Positions 24,671-36,600 of a stretch of DNA of 64,000 nucleotides are shown piece after piece. The translations under genes were made by a program, and so were the position numbers. Source of the stretch: Takakia lepidozioides (lineage: Eukaryota; Plantae; Bryophyta); the NCBI GenBank assembly GCA_030704615.1, contig CM060732.1, positions 34,410,001-34,474,000 on the forward strand. The letters run 5' to 3'. The notes beneath the pieces were generated by a model. It was not told the DNA's origin and ran no database searches. It was given only the letters and a program-made list of their open reading frames with translations. Every line of letters starts with the position of its first letter. Position 1 is the stretch's first letter.

Positions 24671-25157
24671 AAGTGGAGAGAGAGAGAGAGAGAGAGGTTC
24701 ATACTGCCCTTCACACTGGAGGAAGTGAGGAAGGGATCTCGTAGAAAGCCTAGACTAGCTTTCCCCCACAAGGCTCATGTAGTTAGCTGCTAAAGATGTA
24801 TGTTTGCGCATTGTTTGCATGTAGATGAAGCAACGAGCATAGAATAGCTTTGGCAAGAGTTCAGGTCAGTTCCTTCAGAACGGTGGGACAACAGGTCCAA
24901 TAAGGTAAGGATATCTGTAGTGTTACCTGGACATTTTTAGTCCTACAACTAAGCTTCACTTAGTAATCTGGTCTTTTTTGCAAACTGGACCATGGTTTCA
25001 GTGACTTTGAATAACAACACATGAGAGCTTTTTGCTGTGCCGTGTTTGAGAACGGTTTTAATGTTCGATCAGTCCGTTGTTATCCACAGCAGCGTTGAGG
25101 TTCGTTTGTTCAAAGTAGTGGAGCTTTGGTGGTTGTACCCTGCGCTGTGGGTAAGCT

Positions 25158-28103
25158 ATGACTGCTCAGCTGCACAACAGTTTTCCCAGACAACTCCAAG
25201 ACCACCAGACTTCAAACATAAGTGGACAAGGAAGGTCCTTTTGGTTGAATCCCCCTTGGGAACAAGCTGAGCTATCTGCCATGATTCCAGGTACAGCACA
25301 ACCTGGTGATGGTTCTGATGTCGATGTACACCAGGGAGCTCCAGGCCGAGAATACAATGGGTATTGTTCTGATGAGGCTTTATCTGTTTCAACTCAGCTA
25401 GATATTAGTTTTACATTTCATCCTCAAAGTGGATCATACACATCTTATGAAAACACCTTGTTTTTGTTGGTCTTAGGGGACTTCTATATATGTATGTCAT
25501 TTCTGTGTGTGTGAGAGAGGTGACGGGTTGTTGCTACCAGTCTTAAATCATGCAGGATGGCAGGGTTGAATGAGGCACAATTGTTTGTTGGACATAGGAC
25601 TGTCAGCAGGGTTAGTATGTCCACCATCACCACGACCCTTGAAAGGGTTCCAAGAGAGCGAGTCGACAAGAAGTCTTCTGCCACATGTATGGATTTGCGA
25701 ACACTATGTAAGATGGGACGAGTGAAAGAGGCTCTGCACATATTGATGGAACCAGGCATCCAGGCAGATTATAGTAGTTATGTTTGCCTGTTGCGGGAGT
25801 GCATCCACATGAAGAGTCTAGCACAGGGAAAGAAGGTGCACACCCATATCATCCAAAGTGGATTCAAGCCAAACATCTTTCTTCTGAACACCCTTGTCAA
25901 CATGTATGCCAAGTGTGGAAGTTTGATGCATGCACGTCAAGTTTTTGACACAATGCCTGAACGAGATACATTTACATGCACTATGATGATGGCAGGATAT
26001 GCCAAGCATGGGCATGCAGAGGACGTTTTCAAGATTTATGAGCAAATGGAACGTGAAGGGGTGATGCCCGACAGAGTGACATTCATATGCATTCTCAATG
26101 CATGTGCTAGCATAGGAGCCCTGGAAAGGGGCAAAAAAGTCCATGCTGACATCATCAGAGCTGGAATTGCATCATATGTAAATTTGGAAAATAGCCTTAT
26201 TGACATGTATAGCAAATGCAGGAGCATGAAGGATGCACGTCTAGTGTTCGACCAAATGCCCAAACATGATGTGGTCTCATGGAATGCCATCCTCACTGGA
26301 TATGCTCAGCATGGATGTGGAATGGAGACAGTCAAGATGTACGACCAAATGCGAGGGGAAGGGGTCATCCCTGACAGGGTTACATTTGTTTGTGTTCTGA
26401 ATGCATGCTCCAGCCTAGCAGCCCTGGGAAAAGGCAAACAGGTCCATGCTGATATTATCAAAGCTGGTATTATGTCATATTTGAATTTAGAAACTGCCCT
26501 CGTTGACATGTATGCCAAATGTGGGAACATGATCGATGCACGCCGTGTGTTCGACAACATGGCAAACAGAGACGTGGTCGCATGGAATGCCATGATTGCA
26601 GGATATTCTCAGCACGCCTGTGGACGGGAGGCTTTGACGATCTATGAGCAAATGCAACGGGAAGGGGTGATCCCAGACAGGGTCACATTCACTTGTGTCC
26701 TCAATGCATGTGCCAGTCTAGGAGCCCTGGAGAAGGGCCACGAGGTCCATGGTCACATCATTAAAAGTGGCATTGGGCCAGAAATTATTTTGGAGACTGC
26801 TCTTCTGGACATGTATGCAAAATGTGGAAGCATGAAGCATGCGCGTCAAGTGTTTGACGATATGACTAGACAGGATGTGGTATCGTGGAATGCCATGATC
26901 AGAGGATATGCTCAGCATGGGTGTGCCAAGGACGCTTTGAAGATATATGAGCGAATGCAACAGGAAGGGGTGATGCCCAATGCTGTCACATTCAGTTGCG
27001 TTCTCAATGCATGCACGACTCTAGGAGCATTGGAAACAGGCAAAGAGGTCCATGCTGATGTCATCAAAGCTGGAATTGCATCCGAGATTATGTTGGAGAC
27101 TGCTCTTGTTGAGATGTATGCGAAATGTGGAAGCATGATGGATGCACGTAAAGTGTTCATCAATATGGCTGAACGAGATGTTGTTTCATGGAGTGTGATG
27201 ATTGCAGGATGTGCTCAGCAAGGGTCTGGTAGAGAGGCCCTGCAACTAATTGAACAAATGCAACAGGAAGGCTTGAAGCCAAACGGAATAACTTTTACAT
27301 CTCTTCTATCTGCTTGTAGCCATGCGGGCCTAGTGGACGAAGGTTGTCACTACTTTGTGTCCATGCATCGAGATCATGGCCTCAAATGCACAATGGAACA
27401 TTTTGGCTGCATGGTGGACCTTCTCGGGCGTGCAGGGCGATTTGATGAAGCAGAGGACTTCATTAACAAAATGCCAATTGAACCAGATGCTTCAGTGTGG
27501 GGGGCGTTGCTTGGTGCCTGCAGACTTCATGGCAATCTGGAGCTGGCAGAATGTGCAGCAAACTGGATTCTTAAGTGGGATCCTAAGCAGGCTGCAGCTT
27601 ATGTGCTGTTGTCGAACATCTATGCAGCAGCTGGCAGGTGGGACGATAAAGCAAAGCTGAGGAAAATGATGGAGGACATAGGTGTCAGAAAGGAGGCAGG
27701 GATCAGCAGCATTGAAGTCAACAACCAGGTGCATACATTTCTTGTAGAAGATGAGTTCCATCCACAAATTAAGGAAATCCATGCTGAGCTGAAGAGATTA
27801 TCTGGGGAGATGAAGGAGGCCGGGTATGTTCCTGACACGCGCTTTGTGTTACATGATGTGGAGGAGGAGCAAAAGGAACATTCTCTTTGCCTCCACAGTG
27901 AGAGGCTGGCCATTGCTTATGGGCTGATTAGCACTCCCCCTGGGACGCCGCTTCGGGTCATCAAGAACCTTCGTGTCTGTGGTGACTGCCATGTAGCCAC
28001 CAAGTTCATATCAAAAATTGTCGGGCGATTAGTTGTTGTCCGGGATGCCAACCGCTTTCACCACTTTGAAGATGGGGTTTGTTCTTGTGGTGATTACTGG
28101 TGA
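25158..28103 (+). CDS. PLS-class pentatricopeptide repeat protein with E and intact DYW deaminase domain (organellar C-to-U RNA editing factor)
   Basis: The uninterrupted 848-aa ORF 25557-28103 consists of P-L-S triplets, an E domain (WGALLGAC), HSERLAIA, KNLRVCGDCH and a terminal CSCGDYW. A probable upstream coding exon 25158-25360 joins in frame through a GT-AG intron 25361-25555 (inferred). Confidence 0.95.
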
Positions 28104-30041
28104 AACAAGCAATATGCATGAGAGAAAATATCATTTAAAGTGCTGGTGGAAAAGTCGTACTCTGTCATCAGTTTCCGAATGCAAAGAGTAAAGCTGAAAG
28201 AAAAAACCGTCATAGATGTGTCATGAAACTGCCCATTTGGCCATATTCTACATGTTGCCTTTGCTCAGGGATGCTGATTTTGCACATAGGAGAGAGTTCT
28301 AGACTTGTGGATACCTTGGCCGTAATATATGTCAATCACAATGTGAGCCCAGGGCTCGACCTTCCAAGTGCAACCAGCATCCTGACATGGCAATTGTGGA
28401 CGAAGCTGTGTTCTGGCAAGAAGAACTCTTCCAACATGGTTTGTGAGGTATTTGTTTTGCATGCCAGTGTTGAGCAATAGTAAGGGCATCCTTGCCCAAA
28501 GACGCTCTTCCACTTGGGAAGGCCTGCAGGAAACTCTGGCTGGTAGACAACCTTTTGGAATTTCATATCTGGCATGGATTTGGAACAATTTCTCCACGTG
28601 GCTAAAAGGTGATTCTTACCCACTCTCCCACTATCTTCTCGTAATTGTGGTTCTTCCATCAACTATGTTGAAGGCAATTGTATCTCGTGTCCATGGAATT
28701 AAAGCCTAGCGTGAGCTACATCAATTGTCCTACCCACCCAAGACTGGAATGGGTATACTCAGGCTTAAGTATTAAACTTTCTTATATCCTAATTTGCCAA
28801 CATGTTTCCCTTTGGCATTTTCTTGTCATACATGTCATCGATAAGGATGTATCTTGGGAAATGAGAGTGACCTATGAGGGGACCGCAAAAGGTAATTGGA
28901 TGAAACACCTTGTCAAGATGCCATAGGCCACCTGCAAATCCCAAGCATAGGAAGGAGCTCGGAATGGGAGGTACCCTCTTGAAGTGCATTCTCTGTGAAT
29001 GATGAAGAGAAGGGGGTGGTGCCAAACGGAACTACAAGTTGTCAAAGCAATGAAATGACCTTGGAGGGAAGAAGCTTGGTTGAGCTGGAAGTCCGTATTT
29101 CATGTAAGTCAAGCTGGCCTGGTAAGATGGGAGATGTGAGCTGCACCACACCTCCTGAAAATAGCTGAACTCGAGTTTATGTACATCTGATGTAAAGCTA
29201 AGAAACACATTCTCTGAGATCACGGAATATTCAATTGCCACACCAATGCTCACAGGATGGCCCTGGCCTTCTGTGGCTTTCCCTTTGCACGTAATTCGTA
29301 CTCTGGAGGCAAAATTTCTGAAGGCTTGCTCCAAATTGCGGATTTGACTTGAGCCTTCAAACAATATGAAATCACAATGGTAGAATCTTTTCAAATAATC
29401 CGATGGCAAAGCGACAAGTGGGATCAGAGAGCTGGCAGTAATTCTGGCATTCCAGGTCCCGAATTCTCAACGTCCAGGATTCCTCGCTCTGACTGTTTGA
29501 AAAGGTCTAAGAGTTGTTTCAAAAAGCCTTCAAAGTATGCTTTTGCGACCTCTCCATGACTACATAAGTGCAGACTTCCTCTGGCTCTGATTCTACTGCC
29601 AAGCACAACATTGTAAGTATGGGGAGAAACCTGAGAAAAGAATTTGTTACCTTCTCATACCTTTCTTCCATGTGTTGGAGTTTTGAAGCCTTGAAGAAAT
29701 TCGACTCGAGCTCCTCACTAACTTGAGTTGGCATGTTTCCACACTGCAATACATTCTGCTTTCTCTCCCTCCTCAGCACAGAAGTCGCAGAGACTTCGCG
29801 TTGGACAGCTGCCAACCCAATTTTCCGGTTTCTATTGCATTGTATCACAGGGGCCATTAACCTCACATTGCTGTAGAGTTGAGCGTCGATCTCACACGAT
29901 CATGATTGAGCAGGTACCACAGGGTAACCACATCAGTTCAGAAATTTAGGTCACTTTCCGTGCTTCAAGCCCACTCCGAGAAGACTGCCAATTTCTTGAA
30001 GAATGCTTGAAGAATGCTTGAGAAGGGGGTCAGTTGATGCT

Positions 30042-30088
30042 TTTCAGTCACTAACGGAGCACGAAACAGCCATAAGTTGCTTAATCAT
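30042..30088 (+). repeat. 47-bp fragment of the SINE-like element at the window start
   Basis: Exact reverse complement of 71-117. Confidence 0.85.
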
Positions 30089-30822
30089 CGCAGTGTTCAA
30101 TCGTGAATGGGGGTACGTGGAGACTTTCGAGAAATTTAAGACTTGAAGGCATGACGGGTAGAAGTGGCATAGTCGCTCGCTAACTGATGCCGCATGGAAT
30201 TGGAGGTCTTACATGGGGCAACAGATATGAAGAAGTTAGATCACACCGATTCTCCTCACCAGTCTTCAGAGCAGTCATGAACTGAAGACTACAAGCTGGC
30301 AAGTGTTGTGTAACAAAAGATTATAATTCTCTGTGAATGACACCTCCCTTCATTTGACACATCCCAACAACCAATCTTGACCTGAGTATCTCAAGACTAG
30401 TAAACCATCAATTGCCCAAATACTGCTGGTCGATTCCACTTGCCATGAATGAGGACTTGAAAGGATTAAAAACATTTCTTGCTGCACTGTGGCCTTCATA
30501 CGTTCTGCAGCGATGACGAAAGAGAAATCTCGGAAACAACATTCCCTTTGCAGTCGCTCTCCAACGGGGCTATGACTTGTTGAGATACCCCTCAAACCGA
30601 AGGGAGGAACTAAACACTAGCCACCAAGCACAAAACAAGCGAAACCCAGCAGCTCGGCACAGCAAAGAAACAAACCCAACCCAGCAACACACAGAAACAG
30701 CACACCAGAGTTACCAAGAACCGATCGAGGGAGGCGAACGCGCTCCCCACCTGTATCGCATTCCGCGTTGTGCGATCATGAGCCTATTTAGACCCTGTAG
30801 AGAAAATATACGACAAATATTT

Positions 30823-30867
30823 ATCCCATATCGATTGCACAAATGTGGGCAGGTTTGGGGTATATAA
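30823..30867 (+). promoter_or_regulatory. Plant snRNA promoter: USE and TATA box
   Basis: ATCCCATATCG (30823-30833) has 1 mismatch to the RTCCCACATCG USE. TATATAA at 30861-30867 lies 30 nt upstream of the U1 start. Confidence 0.85.
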
Positions 30868-30890
30868 ACCAAGCCTTCTGACATTTTAAC

Positions 30891-31049
30891 ATACTTACCT
30901 GGGCGGGGTCTATCGGTGATCAGCAAGGTCGATGGCCTAGGGGAATCTGCTCCATTGCACTTCGGAGTGGGTGACCCTAGCATCTCCCTGCGGGGGGCAT
31001 GCACGTCGTAATTTGTGGCAGCGGGGGCTCGCGTTCGCGCGGCCCTCAC
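30891..31049 (+). ncRNA. U1: U1 spliceosomal snRNA
   Basis: 5' ATACTTACCTG; SL1 loop GATCAGCAAG; SL2 loop ATTGCAC (U1A site); Sm site AATTTGTGG (~31010-31018); SL4 with a TTCG loop; upstream USE/TATA. Confidence 0.96.
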
Positions 31050-32031
31050 AATGAAATCAAAGTTGGAAAATCCCAAGCATCTTCCGACATAGCGTCTAGA
31101 TACTTTCACATCAATTTGTTATTCTATTCTTCTTTTTTTTCCCGGTGAACACGGGGATTGAAGCCCTGTAGAACTTCATTGAAAAGGAAGAGTTGCGAAA
31201 AGGTGGAAAAAAACTCCTTACCTCGAATCAAGAAAAAAGAAAAACAACTTAAGATTGATACAGCGATATAAAGTTACATTATTTCGTTTTTCCACTTGTT
31301 GCTCACATGGCATTGAAGCTGTCTATGCACGAGACCCTCTTATGACAGGCACTATATTTGGTTCACGAAACTTGCTATCCACCACTCGAGTTGGATGAAG
31401 GAGACATAATGTGAGACTTGACATTAAACATAGAAGAATGCTACTGAAACCTCTACCCAGCTGCTGCAGGTATGTTTGTCCGAATTATTCATAGGAGTAA
31501 ATTGGTCGATTTAACCATTGCGCAAACGTTATATATATATATACAGTTCCCGACAAGACAGCTTTAACCAGACTTACTTCACATGTCCTCCAGGAGATGC
31601 ACAATCTCATCAACAAGTCCTTTGAACCCAAGCACAGTATGTATGTAACTCGCGAAGCACTGAGCCATGATGACAAGAATTGTGCAATGAATTTGAAATT
31701 ATGGAATGTAACAATGTACAACAGGAGCTTTACAGGACCTTGTGATCCAGATATCCTAGAACCCCAAATAAGAAGAAGCTCTTCACATTTCACCGCTCGA
31801 GAATTCCCCGAGAATCTAAGTCTATGTACAAATATCTTTCCCTTCGCACTGTCAGCGCAAAATAAAATATGCTGCAAGCAAATCGAGGTCCACTTTAGCG
31901 TCGAAGTGAACTACACTCAACAAACCGGCAACAAACAGTATCCTCAGTACCAGAAAAATTCCCAGATCCAGCGATTCAAATTTTGGAAACGCGTACACCA
32001 AGACTCGAATTTGTGGTTGCCAGGCAGTGGT

Positions 32032-32304
32032 CTAGATGGGAAGGCAGCTTGCAACACGGGGATAGACCACGGCAGCTGGGTGCGCCATGATGCGTCGCCC
32101 CTTGTAATGTCTGAAGCACCACACAAAAGCTCCCAGCGGCCATTCAATGGCTGCTGCCACAGCGAAAGCTACCACTCCCAACGTGGGGCCAACGACCCTG
32201 CAGTGGCACGGGTTGCGGTAAGTTCCACACTGGACACAAGTTGGGATCACGGGGCAGCAAGGTGGGTTTGCTGTCGTCCCAGTCGTAGTCACGACGGTCG
32301 CCAT
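32032..32304 (-). CDS. Small conserved plant Cys-rich protein with a hydrophobic segment (90 aa), function unknown
   Basis: MATV...PTCVQCGTYRNPCHCRVVGPTLG...EWPLGAFVWCFRHYKGRRIMAHPAAVVYP...PI* matches a remembered uncharacterised land-plant family. The ATG at 32304 is preferred over the longer ORF start. Confidence 0.8.
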   Translation of the reverse strand: MATVVTTTGTTANPPCCPVIPTCVQCGTYRNPCHCRVVGPTLGVVAFAVAAAIEWPLGAFVWCFRHYKGRRIMAHPAAVVYPRVASCLPI

Positions 32305-32999
32305 TTGCGCTTCCAAGATACTGAAAACAGAGCAATGCGCGAGCAAATGCTGCGAGGCAGAGACGATGACAGATTGTGGAGTCCGAAGAGCGAAGAGCGA
32401 AGAGAGAAGTGAGAAGATGTCGAGCAGGTACAATGTGGGAAAGGTGTGAGTGTGAGAAAGAAGAGCTGGAAAGTGTTGCAATGGATGGTGGCAGCTCGCA
32501 GGGCACACAGTTTTATTCCACAAGAGAGCCGCAACGCCAAGACAGACACACAGACAGCTGGCGGCCATCGCTGTGAGCACACACCAGATTGCCGTTTGCT
32601 CTGCTGCAACGTGGCAGTGCCAGCGTAATATTCACATAAAGTCATATATTTAAATTAATTGCTTTCCTGCAACGTGGCTTGTATGGACCACAGCACCAGC
32701 GGCAGGTGGCTTCTTGTTACTGGTTTTAAGCTGAGTGCCTAGAGCTACCTTTATGCAGGTTATACCTGAGCTTCTCTAAGTAGGGATATGCAACAAAGAC
32801 GGCATGCTAAATATTTTGGTCAGGGCTTCCTCTGTGGTGCTCCTCTGTCCTTAAGGGCCCGCCATTGGGCGGTGTGGGTGTGGAATACACAAATATTACC
32901 CTACAATAGTGAGACTGGTAAAAACAGACTGTAAATCCAATGGTAGAATTTCAATAAGTGGGCTCCCCAGTGGGCCCAAACAGGCCTACCTAGGCTAAG

Positions 33000-33434
33000 A
33001 AAAGCCAGAAAGCACCAAAACATGCTGGCCCGCCACACCCCTATGCAAGAAACAGGGCCAAAAATAAAAAGCTTCGCCAGAAATTGGCGGTTCCCTGGGT
33101 GCCAGAAAGCACCAGGGGAACCCCCCTTTTTGCCTGGGAACTGGGGAGCATTGTGCCCTAAGGCGCCCTTGCCACCTGTACCTAACTCCACCGTCCGATC
33201 TCCAGCCAGTATAAGCCATATTGCACATATATATGTAGCCATATTGCAGTCGTATATAGTAGCCATATCCATATTGCACTGTCCGATCTCCATATTGCAC
33301 AATGTATTGCATACCTGTAGCCAGGTAGGATCCAGGTTGACATTGTACAAGTCCCCACCTCTGCACTTAACCCAAAAAAAAATTCGCCACATCCACGCCT
33401 AGGCAGAAATGAAAAAAAAAAAAAAAAAACTATG
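33000..33434. repeat. Probable degenerate MITE-like element with internal CCATATTGCA repeats
   Basis: About 4-5 copies of (AG)CCATATTGCA at 33213-33310, TCGCCA motifs and an A-tract end like the MITE at 11324. The termini are not resolved. Confidence 0.35.
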
Positions 33435-33699
33435 GTGGACATCACCGATGGGGCTCCGAGGAGCTCCACGTTTTGCGGTGAGTGGTCGCTGGGACTTCGA
33501 ATTTTTTCGAAGCCCACCCCTCATGCAGCCCATCCCTCTTTCCCTCCTCTCCTCTTCGTGTGACATGTCCCAATCTCGCGCGTGCACTAACTTGCAGATC
33601 TTGGGTTAGATCGCCTCCGCGCTCTTGACTACATGCATGCATAATGAATGTTTAATTGTTCGCATGCAGACAACGCCGTCTCTCTCACTGGACGGCTCA

Positions 33700-36600
33700 T
33701 TACTCCTGTTCCACCTCTTCTCCACTGCAACCTTGCTCTCTGATCTCTCAGAGCTCCTCCAGCTCTCGTCTGTTCCCTCTCTGCTATTGCTAGAGATTCT
33801 CCCACCCTGCGGCTGCTTAAGGTTCTGCCAAGCGACAGTTGGTGAGGTCTGTTTTTAGCTTCGCCGCCCAGCTTCTCATTTACCTCACCTCCTTGGGTCT
33901 CCCGCTGTGTGCATCCCCTCCTCTACGCTCCTCCCCCACTCTTTACCTTCTATCTGGCAAGCTTTATCTCCGTTTGTTTTTGGCACCCTGCTGCTGTCCC
34001 CCGAGCGGCGTGTCAACCCTGCGCTGTTATACCCGACCGCCACCTTTCTCCCTCTCTTTAAATGTGTGCTTTACTGGAGCTTTGATCCCTCATCCGTCCT
34101 CCTCTCCTGGTGACTTGGCGGCTCTGATTAATTGCTGTTGGTCAGGCCTCAGTTCGTGCCGATAGTATTAGCTGCTACTCTAATTCTGCTTCAGTGAACG
34201 AGGCCTACTTGATTTCCCATTAAAGGTGACATCTCCCCACTTCCCTATCATCTTCTCTGCTCCCCTCCTCATCGTGCTTCGTTTGCCCCTGTGTGAGCGC
34301 TGTCTTCCTACACCATGGCCTCTAGAGGTGTGGCCTCGCGTAAGAAAAGATCAGGTACAGGGGGCAGCTCCAGAGGTAGAGGTACCTGGGCCCCGCGCAA
34401 CTCCTCATCTGCTCCTGCGGCGTCTATTCTTGGGAAAGGTCCTGAAATCGGAAATGCCGCGCCATGCCTCGATGTCGTCCCTTGGATTGAATCAGTCGCT
34501 CCCAACACTGACTCTCAGGATATTATCTCCCTGGACCTGGAATGCCTGCGTGCTCATTCTTCCAAAATGATGCAGCACGGCATCTTAGTCCATTTCCCTG
34601 GCCGCCCTCGTGATAAAGATGACGCCAGAAAATGGGTAGTTGAGCATCTGGGAGCGCAGGGAGGATTGAATCACCATTTTTGTCATTCCATGGGCCGTGG
34701 ATTTTACACTATCAAATTTGGCTCTAAGGAGGAAGTCGACCGAGCGCTCGCCTTCAACACAAGAAAATCTCGCTTCAAAGTGAACATATTTCCTTGGTCG
34801 CCTGACTGGGGCCACAAGGATGGAGCCACCTGCAAGCCGAGAATAATTGCGCTGCTGTTCCTGCCAGATAACTATCTCCCCTCGCTCCCGGAGATTGGAG
34901 CTCATTTTGGCTCATACATTGGGAGCCTCAATGTATTTGACCCAATTGATGATATTGTTTTAAGTGTGGACCAGGACCCAGCCTTGCTTGACTCTAGCAA
35001 GGATAGTGGGGTGCCGAAGATTGTGGTTATGATGCCGGAAATGGCAAGAATTGGAAACACAATCAAGCTCCCGACATTGGACGGATCTTTCATCTCTATG
35101 CAGATAAGAGAAGAGATGCTCAACATTACTTGCTATGGGTGTAACGGAGAGGGGCACGTCAAAGCAGATTGCCCCCACAAGGACAAATCGGGCGTTAGAC
35201 TGCATGGTGGAATTCAATCAACTGGTGTGACTCTTCCAGAAGCTCTCAGTGCTCCAGTCAAATCTGTTTATCTTTCACGTTCCCTGAACGCTAGTGCTAC
35301 AGTTGCCTCGCTCCCGACTCTCTCGGCTGGTCGTCACGCTAAAAGAAAGAGGACTGGCTCGCCCTCTGTCTCATCTCCTCCGCCAAAGCCTAGGCTCATT
35401 CTGCTGCCCCGGGATCAGGGAAGCCCACCCCCCCATCACCCTCCTGCTACTTTTGATTTCTGCCCTTTCTCCAACACTCTGGAAGACCCACTCATCAACC
35501 TTGCTACACGGTGCATGGAGCTTAGGTCCTTTGCGAATCTTAGGTTGTGTGATTGGACGCCTGAGAATGCAGTCAGGCGCAACCTGGCGGTAGTTAAGGT
35601 CACCCCTATTATCTACGGGCTCCTCAACGGCCCTGATCAGCCGCCCTCCATCCTTCTCACTATGGGCTCGGAGGGCTTGCAGGTTCATGGATTACCACCC
35701 ATCATGCAACTTACTACTCGGCTGCCAAAGAAGTGGAGCTCTCCCTCAAGCTCGTGGGAAATATCTTCGCTGAGCAGCCCTTTCAGTTCCAACTCTCAAA
35801 TAACACTACAGTCCACTTTGGAGCTTTCTGGGATAACACCTCCGAGTTCGACCCAGCCTCCACGGTGCACACGCTCCTTGTTTTCAAATGGGAGGATATC
35901 GTCAGCGATGCAGCCTCGGCAAGCTCCTTTTCTTGGATCTCTAAGAAATCGCTCTCGGATGGCTCCTCTGGTTTTCTCCCTGTCACTGACAGCTTTCCTT
36001 CCTCCGGTGGTTTTGCTGCAAGTGTTAAAGTTTTAAAGGTGGGGTTCATCCTGGCTCATGCTATCCTGGGATTTGCAAGGGCCCCATCACCCACCCCCCA
36101 CAAGGAGGATGTTGTAGGCTTCGTGCCTTTCATTGCGAAAACGAAAAAAACCATGCTCAGTCCCATGGACGCGACCTCGCCATCTGCCCTGCCAGGAGAT
36201 TCAACTCAGGTGAGCATAGCTCACTCCGCCTTCCCCCTGCTCACTTGCTTTTTCTCTGCTCTCTTGCTACCGGCCAATTGTCTAGTGTTAGTTCATAGGC
36301 ACCTTCTGGATTCTGTTCTATTGCACAACCTCTATGAAAGAAGGTTAAAACCCTTGTCCAGAAATTATCTCCTCCTCACTATCAGGGATTGGGATTTTCA
36401 GGCATCGCGCTTACCTTTGCTTTCATCCCTAATAATCAGTCTCTTTTTGTCTCTTCGTTCCGAGAATCTTTGAGAAGATCTAGAAAAGGCTCTCGGGGAA
36501 GATTTGGGGCTGGAAGTGTTACCCTGGCCTGTCTTCCTCCTCCCCCTTCTGGCTTCTTTTGGGTTTCATACCTGCCTCCTCACGGCAGAAGAACTGTCCC

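Noticed and set aside
28200-29950. Cluster of short minus-strand ORFs suggesting a decayed gene
   Set aside because: Looks coding-like, but I could not assign any family. The GICRWP similarity to RWP-RK is too short to trust.
31597-32412. 271-aa plus-strand ORF
   Set aside because: No recognisable domain, and it overlaps the conserved small gene on the opposite strand.
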